Origin: Bacteroidia bacterium
Lineage (GTDB): Bacteria > Bacteroidota > Bacteroidia > Flavobacteriales > Flavobacteriaceae
Reading direction: 5' to 3'
Length of the DNA stretch: 54,534 bases
NCBI GenBank assembly: GCA_030430615.1
Contig: JAUIKV010000001.1
Coordinates: 1-54,534 of the forward strand
Part shown: positions 20,173-29,963 of the stretch, piece after piece
How positions within the stretch are numbered: position 1 is the first letter of the stretch
How the letters are laid out: every line of letters begins with the position of its first letter
Made by a program: the position numbers and the translations under genes
Notes under the pieces: model-generated
What the model saw: only the letters and a program-made list of their open reading frames with translations
Databases searched by the model: none
Told to the model about the DNA's origin: nothing

Positions 20173-21939
20173 ATGAAACAGTTTGTTGTTTACATAGCGC
20201 TGCTCGTATTTGCTCTGCAAACGGCCCAATCACAGGTTACGTTCAAGACGACCGTGAGCAAGGAGCAGCTGGGTCTCAACGAACGACTCCGGATCGAATT
20301 CTCGATTGACCGACAGGGAGGAGACGATTTCACGCCTCCTGACTTTGAGAATTTCAAAGTGCTCGCCGGACCGAGCCAGTCGAGCAGTTTTTCTTCAATC
20401 AACGGGAAGACCAGTTACAAGCTGACCTATTCCTATGTCATCCAGCCGATTTCAAAAGGGACCTTTACCATCCCATCTGCGAGCATCACTTATGATGGGG
20501 AAGTGATCAAATCCAATACGGTACGGGTTACTGTTACAGATGCTGTTGCGATCCCGAAGGATCCGAATGACCCGAGATATGTGGCCCAGGAGAATATTCA
20601 CCTGGTCGCTGAGATCTCGAATGTGAGACCCTATGTGGGGGAGAGCATTTCGGTTACCTATAAGCTGTACGTGAATACCAACAAGGTCAATGTTCAAAAC
20701 TACCGGGAATCGTCCTCGCCGAGTTTCGGGGGCTTCTGGAATCAGAATATAGAGCTCTCCCGTGGAGCAGGAGCCCAGAACGGGACCTATGGTGGAAAAC
20801 CCTACCGTTACGTTGTGATCAAGAAAGCGGTTTTGATACCTCATACCGCCGGCGAACTGGAGCTCGACCCCATGGAGATGGAAATCACGGCAGGTGTACC
20901 GATGGGACAGCGTGATTTCTTTGGCAATTTGCTGATGAATGACGTGAACATGACGGTGACTTCCGGACGTAAAACCATAAGAGTCAAGTCTCTTCCGGAG
21001 GAAAACAAACCTTTCGACTTCACAGGGGCCGTCGGGGATTTTTCATTTTCGGTGACTCCCAGCAAGACAGACCTGAAGGCCAATGAATCCTCCCAGATCA
21101 AAGTCGAGCTTTCAGGGGAGGGCAACCTGAAGCTGGTCAAGCTTCCGGGCATAGAGACGCCCAACGGGCTTGAGGTATACGAGCCCGAGCACAAGGAGAA
21201 GATCACGACGAACCTTAGTGGAATGAAGGGCTCAGTTTACGATCAGTATGCGGTCGTTCCACAGTTCAGGGGTAAATTCATTATTCCATCCGTCTCATTC
21301 TCCTATTTCAACCCCAAAACGGAAAAGTACGTTTCTGTCGGTACCGAGCCGATCGTTCTCAACGCCATCCAGGGCAGGCAGTTGCCGGATGACGGCGCTA
21401 CTATCATTGCAAAACAGACCGTGGAGGGCAATGAATCGGATATCCGATACATCCAAACCCGGACAACCTTTGTCTCCACTGAGGAAGGTAATGACTTCTA
21501 TGGGTCAGGGCTTTTCTACCTCTTGATGATCTCGCCACTTTTATCCATACCATTGGGAATATTCATTGGCAAGAAGAAAAGGGAAAGAGACCTCGATGTG
21601 GTGGGCAACAAGAGGCGAAAGGCGGATCGACTGGCAAAAAAGTATCTCTCACAGGCAAAAAAGGAACTGGGGAAGAAGGAGGATTTCTATGTGGCGCTTG
21701 AAAAAGCCCTGCACAATTACCTGAAAGCCAAGCTCCATGTGGAAACTTCAGAGATATCGAAAGAGAAAATCGCAGAAATATTGAAAGGCAAGAACGTTGA
21801 AGATGGCATAATAACCGATTTCACAACGGTGCTCGACAATTGTGACTATGCTCGATATACTCCCTCGACCGACGTCATGATGAAGCAGGAATACGACAAG
21901 GCCAGGGAGGTGATCGCAAATTTGGATAAACAGCTTTAA
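20173..21939 (+). CDS. batD: BatD protein
   Basis: Signal peptide, GPSQSSSFSSING, PYVGE, FTGAVGDF, C-terminal TM helix and CDYARY. Confidence 0.92.
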   Translation: MKQFVVYIALLVFALQTAQSQVTFKTTVSKEQLGLNERLRIEFSIDRQGGDDFTPPDFENFKVLAGPSQSSSFSSINGKTSYKLTYSYVIQPISKGTFTIPSASITYDGEVIKSNTVRVTVTDAVAIPKDPNDPRYVAQENIHLVAEISNVRPYVGESISVTYKLYVNTNKVNVQNYRESSSPSFGGFWNQNIELSRGAGAQNGTYGGKPYRYVVIKKAVLIPHTAGELELDPMEMEITAGVPMGQRDFFGNLLMNDVNMTVTSGRKTIRVKSLPEENKPFDFTGAVGDFSFSVTPSKTDLKANESSQIKVELSGEGNLKLVKLPGIETPNGLEVYEPEHKEKITTNLSGMKGSVYDQYAVVPQFRGKFIIPSVSFSYFNPKTEKYVSVGTEPIVLNAIQGRQLPDDGATIIAKQTVEGNESDIRYIQTRTTFVSTEEGNDFYGSGLFYLLMISPLLSIPLGIFIGKKKRERDLDVVGNKRRKADRLAKKYLSQAKKELGKKEDFYVALEKALHNYLKAKLHVETSEISKEKIAEILKGKNVEDGIITDFTTVLDNCDYARYTPSTDVMMKQEYDKAREVIANLDKQL

Positions 21940-21940
21940 C

Positions 21941-22693
21941 ATGAGGATATTGGTTCTACTTGTTTTGTCGCTGAACGGGATGCTGGGTATGGCTCAGAAT
22001 CCAGACAGCTTGTTCGTGGAGGCCAATGAGATGTACAGGCAGGAAAGATACAATGAGGCATTGAAGACCTACCAGGAGATTGAAGCCCTGGATCAGGAAT
22101 CCTGGGCACTTTATTACAACATGGGCAATATCCATTACAAGATGAACCAGGTGGCCCCGGCTATTTACTACTATGAGAAAGCCCTGAAATTAAGGCCTGA
22201 TCAGCAGGATGTGCTTTTCAATCTCGAATTTGCGAATCAAATGGTACTTGATAATATTGAGCCATTACCACGTAATCTCGGGCAACGATTCATGGACGCA
22301 GTGATTTTAAGGCTGACCTATGAGACCTGGGCGAAAATCGCTGTGGGGCTTGCTTTTTTGTTTGCCCTGCTCTTTTTGATGTACCACTTTTCCTACAGCA
22401 CAGGCAAGAAGAGATTCTATTTCATCACCAGCATTATCACCGTTGTATTGGTAACGACTTCTGTTTTCTTCGCTTTTCGGAATCAGCTTTACATAAAGAG
22501 CAACAAGGAGGCCATCATTTTTGCCGCAGAGGCTGAGGTGATGAATGCTCCAACAACGACAAGTGAGACTTATTTTGAGCTTCATGAGGGCACTAAGGTG
22601 ACCGTCCTTGAGAGCCTGGACAACTGGAAAAAGATTCGCATTGCAGATGGCAAAATCGGGTGGATCGACGAGAAACACCTCAAAGAGATTTGA
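21941..22693 (+). CDS. batE: BatE TPR plus SH3 protein
   Basis: TPR motifs YYNMGN and YYEKAL, two TM helices, SH3b motif LHEGTKV...WKKIRIADGKIGWI. Confidence 0.9.
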   Translation: MRILVLLVLSLNGMLGMAQNPDSLFVEANEMYRQERYNEALKTYQEIEALDQESWALYYNMGNIHYKMNQVAPAIYYYEKALKLRPDQQDVLFNLEFANQMVLDNIEPLPRNLGQRFMDAVILRLTYETWAKIAVGLAFLFALLFLMYHFSYSTGKKRFYFITSIITVVLVTTSVFFAFRNQLYIKSNKEAIIFAAEAEVMNAPTTTSETYFELHEGTKVTVLESLDNWKKIRIADGKIGWIDEKHLKEI

Positions 22694-22707
22694 TCTTAGT
22701 GACTCCT

Positions 22708-23475
22708 CTAGGTTTCTTTGTAGCATACCGGAAGTATCTCATCCGGATTTAGCCGGTATCGATCGCTGGTTTGCTCATCAAGGGTTTTTGCATATACCAC
22801 TTCATCGACGCGGAAGCCCGCATCGCGCAATCTTGAAAAATAATCTTTGCCATAGACCCTAACGTGATCATATTGGCCAAAATGCTTTGCTCTTTCTTCC
22901 GGTTCTGTGATGGAAAAATCCTCGTAGGTTTTTTCCCGACTCAGATCCTGGGGAACCTGAAAGATTCCCATTCCGCCAGGGCGCATGACACGAAGCAGCT
23001 CAGACATGGCTCTTGAATCATCTTCAATGTGCTCAAGTACATGATTGCAGAAAATGACATCAAAGGAGTCATCCTCAAAGGGCAGATCCAGAATATCAGC
23101 CTTTACGTCGACGATTGGTGAAAAGAGATCAGCTGTTGTGTAGTCCAGGTTCTTCATCGACCTGAATATATCGAGAAAGCATTGCTCAGGTGCCATGTGA
23201 AGGACCTTCAGAGGAGCCGAAAAGAATTTGGTTTCATTCTTGAGCCATAGCCAGAGCAATCTATGTCGTTCCAGCGAGAGCGTGCTGGGGGAAAGCACAT
23301 TGGGTCGCTGCTCCCCATATCCGTAAGGCAGAAACCTCTTGAAGCTCTTGCCATCTATCGGATCTGTGTATCGATCTCCTTTCAGCCAGGTGCTCAGTAC
23401 CGGTCTCGCCCAATAACTCATTCGAATCAGGTAGGGTCGGGGGATGGTATTGAGAACGAGTTTAAACAGTTTCAT
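22708..23475 (-). CDS. Class I SAM-dependent methyltransferase domain protein
   Basis: SLERHRLLW, VLHMAPE, LPFEDDSFDVIFCNHVLEHI, RVMRPGG, FGQYDHVR. Confidence 0.85.
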   Translation of the reverse strand: MKLFKLVLNTIPRPYLIRMSYWARPVLSTWLKGDRYTDPIDGKSFKRFLPYGYGEQRPNVLSPSTLSLERHRLLWLWLKNETKFFSAPLKVLHMAPEQCFLDIFRSMKNLDYTTADLFSPIVDVKADILDLPFEDDSFDVIFCNHVLEHIEDDSRAMSELLRVMRPGGMGIFQVPQDLSREKTYEDFSITEPEERAKHFGQYDHVRVYGKDYFSRLRDAGFRVDEVVYAKTLDEQTSDRYRLNPDEILPVCYKET

Positions 23476-23481
23476 ATGCAA

Positions 23482-24291
23482 TTACGATCCAGCCCGGAAC
23501 TCATCTTCTTCATCCGAAACTATTCCAAGGGCCTGATACACATATTTGAACGTCGACAGCAATTCCGGTTTTCCATCCACGATCGCTACATCGTGCTCAA
23601 AATGAGCGCTGGGTTTCATATCGGCCGTTTTGATAGTCCAGCCATCGGGAAACTGTTTGATGCGATGGGTGCCGAGGTTTATCATGGGCTCAATGGCTAC
23701 AACCATGCCTTCAACAAATTTCTTTCCCTTGCCTCGACGACCGTAATTTGGCATCTCAGGATCCTCGTGCATTTCCCTTCCAATCCCGTGACCGACCAGC
23801 TCCCGAACCACACCGTAGCCATGACTTTCAGTGTATTGCTGAATGGCATGTCCGACATCGCCAACGCGGTTTCCTACTCTAAACTGACGAATGCCCATAT
23901 AAAGACTTTCTTTGGTGACCTTGAGCAGTTTCTCTGTTTCCGGATCGATCTCTCCAACAGCAAAAGTATAGGCGTGATCTCCGTAAAATCCGTTTTTCAG
24001 GGCCCCGCAATCCACGGAAATAATGTCTCCTTCCCTCAAGGGGTCTTTATTCGGTATTCCATGCACGATCTGTTCATTTGGGCTCATGCACAGGGTGTTT
24101 GGAAAATCGTATAGCCCCAAAAAACCCGGTTCTGCCCCGTGATCCCGAATGAAGGTCTCAGCAATCTTATCCAGCTCGAGGGTGCTCACCCCCGGTTTGA
24201 TCGCTTTGGCAACCTCTCCCAGCGTTTTTGAAACGATAAGGGCACTCTCCCTCATCAACTCAATCTCTTCCCGGCTCTTTATTTTGATCAT
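23482..24291 (-). CDS. map: Type I methionine aminopeptidase
   Basis: VHGIP, DCG, GDHAYT, GHGIG, HEDP, AIEPM, SAHFEH. Confidence 0.97.
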   Translation of the reverse strand: MIKIKSREEIELMRESALIVSKTLGEVAKAIKPGVSTLELDKIAETFIRDHGAEPGFLGLYDFPNTLCMSPNEQIVHGIPNKDPLREGDIISVDCGALKNGFYGDHAYTFAVGEIDPETEKLLKVTKESLYMGIRQFRVGNRVGDVGHAIQQYTESHGYGVVRELVGHGIGREMHEDPEMPNYGRRGKGKKFVEGMVVAIEPMINLGTHRIKQFPDGWTIKTADMKPSAHFEHDVAIVDGKPELLSTFKYVYQALGIVSDEEDEFRAGS

Positions 24292-24308
24292 GCTTTTTTG
24301 TTTCGCGG

Positions 24309-24316
24309 CAAAGATA
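24309..24316 (-). promoter_or_regulatory. -7 promoter element of map
   Basis: TATCTTTG ending 17 nt upstream of the map ATG. Confidence 0.55.
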
Positions 24317-24351
24317 ATCTAAAAATGCAAGTTCGAAAGTGAACCAATTTG

Positions 24352-25851
24352 CTATTCCTGTTTCTCATCCGGGGTTGATTTTGGATTATACCCATAACAT
24401 TTATAAACCAGGAATTTGCGCAGGGGTTCTTTGCCGTCTTTTCCAACCAGTATAGGGTCGAGTTCAACCACCCGATCAAAGTAAGGCAGCAGTTTTTCAG
24501 GTATCTTTTCCGATTTTTCTAAATGTTTGAAGCGCTTGTCTGTGTCGATAAAGATGGCATCGGAACCTTCCAGATGGGAGAGGTCAGGATCCAAAAGTGA
24601 GAATTGCTTCCCGTTGCTACCCACGACGTTGCCTGCATAGATTTTTCGGTTGAGGTAGAAGTCAAGAACTGCGGAAGTCTTGTAGTTGTCGTCAGCGAAA
24701 AGAAAGGCATCCGGATGTTCGGCCATGCGCCTGTCGACTTCATAGGAGAACTTGTCCCAGCCGAACCAGGTATCATCGCTCTTGACACTCACCGGATAGA
24801 ACACGATCTGAACAGCCAACAAAACATGAAGAACCAGAGAGGTGATGATCTGCCCTCGAAGAATCTTTTCACCCAAAAATGCTGTAACAAGGATGATCGC
24901 GCTGATATACCCGGGCATTATCCAGTTGAGCTTGACCCAGTAGATCAGCGACACCCCGAAGAAAAACAGGATGATAGGCAGGGAGAAAAGCATTAGAAAC
25001 AGATGCTTCTCATTGGGCAATGCCTGTTGTCGAATAACCTTTCTGATCATCTTGAAGACAATTACAACCATCCCGACGAACAGAAACGGGATGAGCAGCA
25101 TGAGCTGGGTTGCCAAATTGCCCAGGAACAACTCAGGATGAAGTTTGAATTCCTCGATGCTGCCAGCCCGATCGGCTGTCTGAAAGGCAAAGGAGGCCCA
25201 GTCATTCGAATAGTTCCAATAGACTACTGGAAAAATGCCGATAGCGAAGAAAACCAAAAGCAGGATACTTTGCTTTGACACCAGATACTTGCGGTGCGCT
25301 TTGGAAAAAATGAGAAATGCGAAAACACCGAAGAGCAGAAATAGCCCGGTATACTTGCTGATAAATGCGAGACCCATCAAAAACCCTGCAGCGATCCAAT
25401 ATTTCAACTTCCCCTCAAAGAGAGCCTTATAGCAAGAGATCAGGGCTAGTGTCCAAAAAAGGATAAGGGGCACATCAGGGGTCGTATTGATCGAAAGTAC
25501 CGTCAAAAGCAAAGTGGTTCCGTAGAAAAGGGAGGCCCTGACCGCTTGTTTTTCAGATAGAAAATATCGGTTGAGTTTATAGAAAGCGAGCAAACTCAAG
25601 AAGGTGACAACGAAGTCGGTGAGCTTGATGGCAACAACGCTCTTTCCAAGAATCAGGCTGAACAGCCGAAGCATGTAGGCCACCATTGGAGGGTGGTCGA
25701 AATAGCTGAAATCGAGGTGCTCGCTGTACAGATAGTAATAGGCGTCCTGGGGCATGATCCCCATGGTAAAAACAATCAGCAGGCGAATTAGGTAGATTGC
25801 CAGGAATCCAACGAAGAGCTTTTTGTAACTGGGGAAGTATTTTTTGAGCAT
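24352..25851 (-). CDS. GT-C fold glycosyltransferase (ArnT/PMT-like, GT39/GT83)
   Basis: QDAYYY...YFDHPP, TPDVP, SKYT; many TM helices; ATG overlaps the upstream TGA (TGATG). Confidence 0.85.
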   Translation of the reverse strand: MLKKYFPSYKKLFVGFLAIYLIRLLIVFTMGIMPQDAYYYLYSEHLDFSYFDHPPMVAYMLRLFSLILGKSVVAIKLTDFVVTFLSLLAFYKLNRYFLSEKQAVRASLFYGTTLLLTVLSINTTPDVPLILFWTLALISCYKALFEGKLKYWIAAGFLMGLAFISKYTGLFLLFGVFAFLIFSKAHRKYLVSKQSILLLVFFAIGIFPVVYWNYSNDWASFAFQTADRAGSIEEFKLHPELFLGNLATQLMLLIPFLFVGMVVIVFKMIRKVIRQQALPNEKHLFLMLFSLPIILFFFGVSLIYWVKLNWIMPGYISAIILVTAFLGEKILRGQIITSLVLHVLLAVQIVFYPVSVKSDDTWFGWDKFSYEVDRRMAEHPDAFLFADDNYKTSAVLDFYLNRKIYAGNVVGSNGKQFSLLDPDLSHLEGSDAIFIDTDKRFKHLEKSEKIPEKLLPYFDRVVELDPILVGKDGKEPLRKFLVYKCYGYNPKSTPDEKQE

Positions 25852-26384
25852 CAATTATCGGTTATCTGCTTTTTCATAAGCGAATTGTGCGTTTCATTCA
25901 CGCCTACCAATGCGGCAGACCCATACCACTCTTTCAGCTCCATGACCAGACTTCCTTCCTGTATTGCCGGATCGGAATTAGTAAGGTCTTCCGCCTCCTT
26001 GATACTCTGAACGTCAAAGATGTAAATGCCCCTCAAGTCATCGTTTCCAAAAAAAGGACCGGCAAGAACCAATTTCCCTTCTTCGGCCATTCTCGTGATA
26101 TTTGCCATGTGAGCTGCCTGAAGCTCCATCTTTTTTACAGAGTCCAGGTCCTGGTTGGGGCCTCGCTTCAAAAAGGCCAAAACGTATTTTTTCATGCCAT
26201 AATCATCAGCACCGTATTTTTCAGCAAGTTCTGGATCGTAACCTAGTTTATCAGATTCTTGAATTTGTTCTGTTTCGGTTTCAGAATTTTTTGATTCGGC
26301 CTGGGTGTTTTTGACACATGACTGAACCATAAATACCAGGCATAGCATGACTAGAATTGGGACGATTTTTTTGAGAAATTCCAT
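25851..26384 (-). CDS. YCII-domain lipoprotein
   Basis: Lipobox VQSC; GADDYGMKKY; AHMANI; GKLVLAGPF; DPAI. Likely start 26384 or 26390. Confidence 0.8.
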   Translation of the reverse strand: MEFLKKIVPILVMLCLVFMVQSCVKNTQAESKNSETETEQIQESDKLGYDPELAEKYGADDYGMKKYVLAFLKRGPNQDLDSVKKMELQAAHMANITRMAEEGKLVLAGPFFGNDDLRGIYIFDVQSIKEAEDLTNSDPAIQEGSLVMELKEWYGSAALVGVNETHNSLMKKQITDN

Positions 26385-26434
26385 ATGCATTCCTTTTTCT
26401 TGATCGGATAAAATTAACAAATACTCCCTTGTTG

Positions 26435-26941
26435 TCAAGGTTTGATCCGATGATAATTGAATTTGCCCTCTGAATTCGCACCCTCGCTCTCAAAACGAAC
26501 ATATACATTGATCTCGTTGTCGCTAATCCTTTCAAAGGTGAGGCCGTCAAAAAAGACCTTGTCCGGGGTCAGTTTGACCAGTTTGAAGTCTACCGTTTCA
26601 TCTTTCTCTTCCCATCCTTTGAGTTCGGAGTCAAAATGCTTGAGCCGCATGATCAGGGTTTGTTCAATTTCGGATATGGTGATGATTTCATAGAATTTAA
26701 CCTTTCCATCCTGGACGAGCTTGAAAGAGCCCATCATGCTGTCACCCAGCGGAGGGGACCATATCTCCTCTACCTGACCCCCCAGGGCTTCGCCGGTCCA
26801 ATGCCCCTGGATCCATCGCACATCAGCCAGAGTTGCATGGGGTGAGTCTCCATCCTTTGGAAGCTCTAAAATATGGCCGGTCTGTTGGGCGGTTATTGCA
26901 ATGCTGAAATAAAGAAAATAAAACAGGAATGAATATCTCAT
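26435..26941 (-). CDS. Secreted conserved protein (DUF6265-like beta-rich domain)
   Basis: Signal peptide; WIQGHWTG...EEIWSPP...MMG...FYE...LKHF...GWEEK pattern. Confidence 0.7.
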   Translation of the reverse strand: MRYSFLFYFLYFSIAITAQQTGHILELPKDGDSPHATLADVRWIQGHWTGEALGGQVEEIWSPPLGDSMMGSFKLVQDGKVKFYEIITISEIEQTLIMRLKHFDSELKGWEEKDETVDFKLVKLTPDKVFFDGLTFERISDNEINVYVRFESEGANSEGKFNYHRIKP

Positions 26942-27091
26942 GACGTAATGATTTGTTCTAAGATATCAAATAAACCAGTTTTTAAACCTGTTGAGTGAAA
27001 GATTTTATACGCGCGGCTGATATTTTTTGAACACACTTCAGGCCAGTTTTGGTTAAATTGTGGCCTTAATTAACATTAAAAATACCTGATC

Positions 27092-27952
27092 ATGATATCC
27101 CAATTTTTGAGAAAAAGAACTTTGACTTTGTGTATGATCCTGCTGACTCTTGCGTTACAGGCCCAGGATCGATTTGGTGGATTGGCCCTTTACACGGTCA
27201 GAGATGACATGTCAAAGAACCCAGCTGAGACCTTGAAAGCGGTTGCTGAAGCTGGTTACGCGTATGTGGAAGCAGCAGGTTACACTGATGGCAAATTCTA
27301 CGGCATGTCCCCCGAGGATTTCAAGAATACACTTAAATCGGTCGGACTTAAGCCCGTAAGCACACATCAGGGGTTCGAAACTATGGATAATATAGACCAA
27401 ATGATTGCAGACGTGAAAGCCGCCGGGTTCAAGTATTTTGTAATTCCTGTTCCACCTATGGGGCATTTCAAGAGTGAAGATGGGAAAATGAGCATGAGCG
27501 ATGACCTTGAGTTCCTGACAAATGTGATCAATACGGTTGGCGAGAAATGCAAAGCTGTTGGCCTGGAACTGCTGTATCACAACCATGATTTTGAATTTGT
27601 AAAGAATAAAGATGGGATCGTTCCAATAGAATATTTCCTGGAACACACCGATCCCGATACGGTGAATTTTGAGATGGATCTGTTCTGGGTAACCAAAGCA
27701 GGTGCTGATCCTTTGGCTTATTTTGAGAAATACCCGGGCAGGTTCAAACTGTGGCATGTGAAAGACATGGATAAGGAGGGCAAGTTTGCACCGGTCGGAA
27801 CCGGGAAGATAGATTTTTCAAGGATTCTCAAAGAAAAGGATAAGTCCGGGATGATCTACTATTACGTCGAGCAAGACCAGACCTGGGGCAAAAACCCACT
27901 TGATGTCATCAAGACCAGTCACAAAGGTCTTAAAAAGTTCGGTTTCAATTAA
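27092..27952 (+). CDS. Sugar phosphate isomerase/epimerase-family TIM barrel protein, exported
   Basis: Signal peptide, LYTVRD, YHNHDFEF, EMDLFW, HVKD, VGTGKIDF, VEQD. Confidence 0.88.
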   Translation: MISQFLRKRTLTLCMILLTLALQAQDRFGGLALYTVRDDMSKNPAETLKAVAEAGYAYVEAAGYTDGKFYGMSPEDFKNTLKSVGLKPVSTHQGFETMDNIDQMIADVKAAGFKYFVIPVPPMGHFKSEDGKMSMSDDLEFLTNVINTVGEKCKAVGLELLYHNHDFEFVKNKDGIVPIEYFLEHTDPDTVNFEMDLFWVTKAGADPLAYFEKYPGRFKLWHVKDMDKEGKFAPVGTGKIDFSRILKEKDKSGMIYYYVEQDQTWGKNPLDVIKTSHKGLKKFGFN

Positions 27953-28365
27953 TCGGATTGACCGAGGTTTGGAGTTCTGAAAAGAAGCCATCCAAATATC
28001 AAGGCATAGACAATGTAGACAAAAGTTATCAGCCAAAAAGCCTGTGGCAAAGCTGATTTTTTCGACATGAGTTTTGTAAGGGCAATGCCTACCATCATGA
28101 AATGGGTCATGTTCGCAATGGCGATTGGTCTGTTGTAAATACCACCGATCAGACTTCTTCTGGACATCCAGTTCAACATGGCGAAGCCAAAATACATGGC
28201 ACCAATCACTTGTATAAGAAGCATTGCTGAGTCGCTATCGGGTAAGCCCAGACTTTCAGCAAGCTCGCCCGGAAAGAAGGTCAGTGCCAGGCCTGAGAAG
28301 GCCAGTAGCAAAGCACTTGAACCGAGAATGATCTTAGATGTTGTCAGTTTTGTGGAAGATTTCAT
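27949..28365 (-). CDS. Hypothetical four-TM membrane protein
   Basis: Four hydrophobic helices, GGIYNRP motif; ATG at 28365. Confidence 0.7.
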   Translation of the reverse strand: MKSSTKLTTSKIILGSSALLLAFSGLALTFFPGELAESLGLPDSDSAMLLIQVIGAMYFGFAMLNWMSRRSLIGGIYNRPIAIANMTHFMMVGIALTKLMSKKSALPQAFWLITFVYIVYALIFGWLLFRTPNLGQSD

Positions 28366-28391
28366 ATGATTTCCTAATAGGTTCAGATAGA

Positions 28392-29357
28392 TCAGCTGCC
28401 CCAATTGGTCTCGTTTTCGGGTTCTCTTTTAGTTTTCGGGATTTTTTCGTCAAGACCGGCCTTATAGGAAGCACGTCTTATTACAGACAAAATGCTGGAT
28501 TTTGAATATTTATCTCCTTTGGCCCCCTCAAACAGCCACTTTTGAGGCTTATAGACCTCGAGGTACTGATCAAGGAGCTTCCCGGAGTCTTCATCCAGTT
28601 TCAATGTGACTGGTTTTTTTTCTTCTCCGCCTTTCGTGTGAATGGTCATTTTCTCCAGGTTCACATCTTCTTTGCTGAGTTCGACCAATTGGGTTCTTTG
28701 AAGGTCTGATGCATAGAGCAAAGACATGATGGCCTTGTGCTTCACATTAGGGGTCACTTCCAGCATCCGGACCAGATCCTTCCGGGATACCTTTCTTTTA
28801 CTGGGCCCGGATTTATCTCTTTTCACAAGGGGATAGCGCAATGCATCCTGCTTCATTAAGCCGGTGTAATAAAAATTTATGGCATCGATGAGTTGCTTTT
28901 CTGATTTGCTAGAAATTTTTTTGCTCCCTACCTGTTTCTCAATGTAGGAAACCAAATCCTCGTGTTTAAGATCCTTGAGCTTTCTGTCTTTGAAATGATG
29001 AATGAATTCCCGGAATAATGATTTGTAAACCTGAACGGTCTCCTCACTGTAACCTTTGCGGATCAATAATTGTGAGTAGGCCTCCGGAACTGCGGTGATA
29101 CGATCGCCATAATCTTCTTCGGCATCGATGATGCCGATTTTGGAAGTGTCGAAAATTGAGATGTCACTGAACGCCCGGATCAGTGCCTTGAGATTCTCTC
29201 GCGACTTGTAGATGGCCCATCCCTGCTCCGAAACCACCCATCTGCATCCCAGGGAGCGCGCAATGGAAACCAGGTTTTCGTCGTAAATGAATTTGAGCAG
29301 GAAGTAATCGTTGTTGTTGAACTGATGTGGCAATACTGTAATTCTCTTCTTTTCCAT
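28392..29357 (-). CDS. Tyrosine-recombinase-like protein (N-terminal SAM-like domain plus partial catalytic domain), apparently non-catalytic
   Basis: KGYSEETVQVY, QLIDAINFYY, NVKHKAIMSLLYASDLQ, YLEVYKPQKWLFEG, KAG; lacks the catalytic Arg, HxxR, H/W and Tyr. Confidence 0.8.
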   Translation of the reverse strand: MEKKRITVLPHQFNNNDYFLLKFIYDENLVSIARSLGCRWVVSEQGWAIYKSRENLKALIRAFSDISIFDTSKIGIIDAEEDYGDRITAVPEAYSQLLIRKGYSEETVQVYKSLFREFIHHFKDRKLKDLKHEDLVSYIEKQVGSKKISSKSEKQLIDAINFYYTGLMKQDALRYPLVKRDKSGPSKRKVSRKDLVRMLEVTPNVKHKAIMSLLYASDLQRTQLVELSKEDVNLEKMTIHTKGGEEKKPVTLKLDEDSGKLLDQYLEVYKPQKWLFEGAKGDKYSKSSILSVIRRASYKAGLDEKIPKTKREPENETNWGS

Positions 29358-29468
29358 TGTTCTGGATAGGATTCTGAACGCGGTTTGACACGAAGGTCAA
29401 TCCTCGCTGCAATTAAAATCGATAAATCAGATAGTTATTGCCAGTAACCACAGGTAAAGGTAGTAATT

Positions 29469-29885
29469 TTAACTTTTGAAAAAACCGAGAATACCTTTCT
29501 TGGGTTTGTGCTCCTTCGGTTTTGCAGTCTTCAGAAGCTGCTGGTAGATTTCACCCCATCCCAGGAGCCCTCCCACATTGCGGTCATCGATGAAAACGTC
29601 AGCATTGATCTTTCTGCTCACAGAACCGTCAAATTTCTCCTCGGGATAGCTTTTGTTGACGGCATAGAATTCCAGACCGTTCTTGCGGCAGAACTCAACG
29701 GCTTCATCGAGCCGATCCCCGTACCGATAGGTCCAAAGAATAAGACGATGTCCCTTCCGTTGCAATTCCAATAGGGTGTCAAATGCAAAGATCTTTGCAG
29801 GCCCGATACGCGGATAATCATCTTCCACGATCGTACCATCAAAATCAATGGCAATCAACAAAGAATTTTTTGGGAGAGTTTTCAT
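29469..29885 (-). CDS. HAD-superfamily hydrolase (BT0820-like)
   Basis: IAIDFDGTIV, LILWTYR, RKINADVFIDDRN. Confidence 0.88.
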   Translation of the reverse strand: MKTLPKNSLLIAIDFDGTIVEDDYPRIGPAKIFAFDTLLELQRKGHRLILWTYRYGDRLDEAVEFCRKNGLEFYAVNKSYPEEKFDGSVSRKINADVFIDDRNVGGLLGWGEIYQQLLKTAKPKEHKPKKGILGFFKS

Positions 29886-29963
29886 ATTCTTATTTCGTCA
29901 AATCTAAGCATAAACCAGACCTCGATCAAATTAAAACGGAATAATCACTGATATGTTATAAGC

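Noticed and set aside
19373-20233. 286-aa hydrophobic ORF with ILVLIL runs on the - strand
   Set aside because: Mirror of the Q/N/D/E-rich batC codons, not a real membrane protein
14279-22693. moxR-DUF58-batABCDE cluster as a novel system
   Set aside because: Already described Bacteroidota aerotolerance (Bat) operon in its usual order
23263-24114. 283-aa + strand ORF
   Set aside because: Antisense to map and the methyltransferase gene; no motifs
25851-29468. Integrase-like gene next to short genes considered as an integron or genomic island
   Set aside because: No attC-like repeats, flanking direct repeats, tRNA target or obvious composition shift; the recombinase lacks catalytic residues
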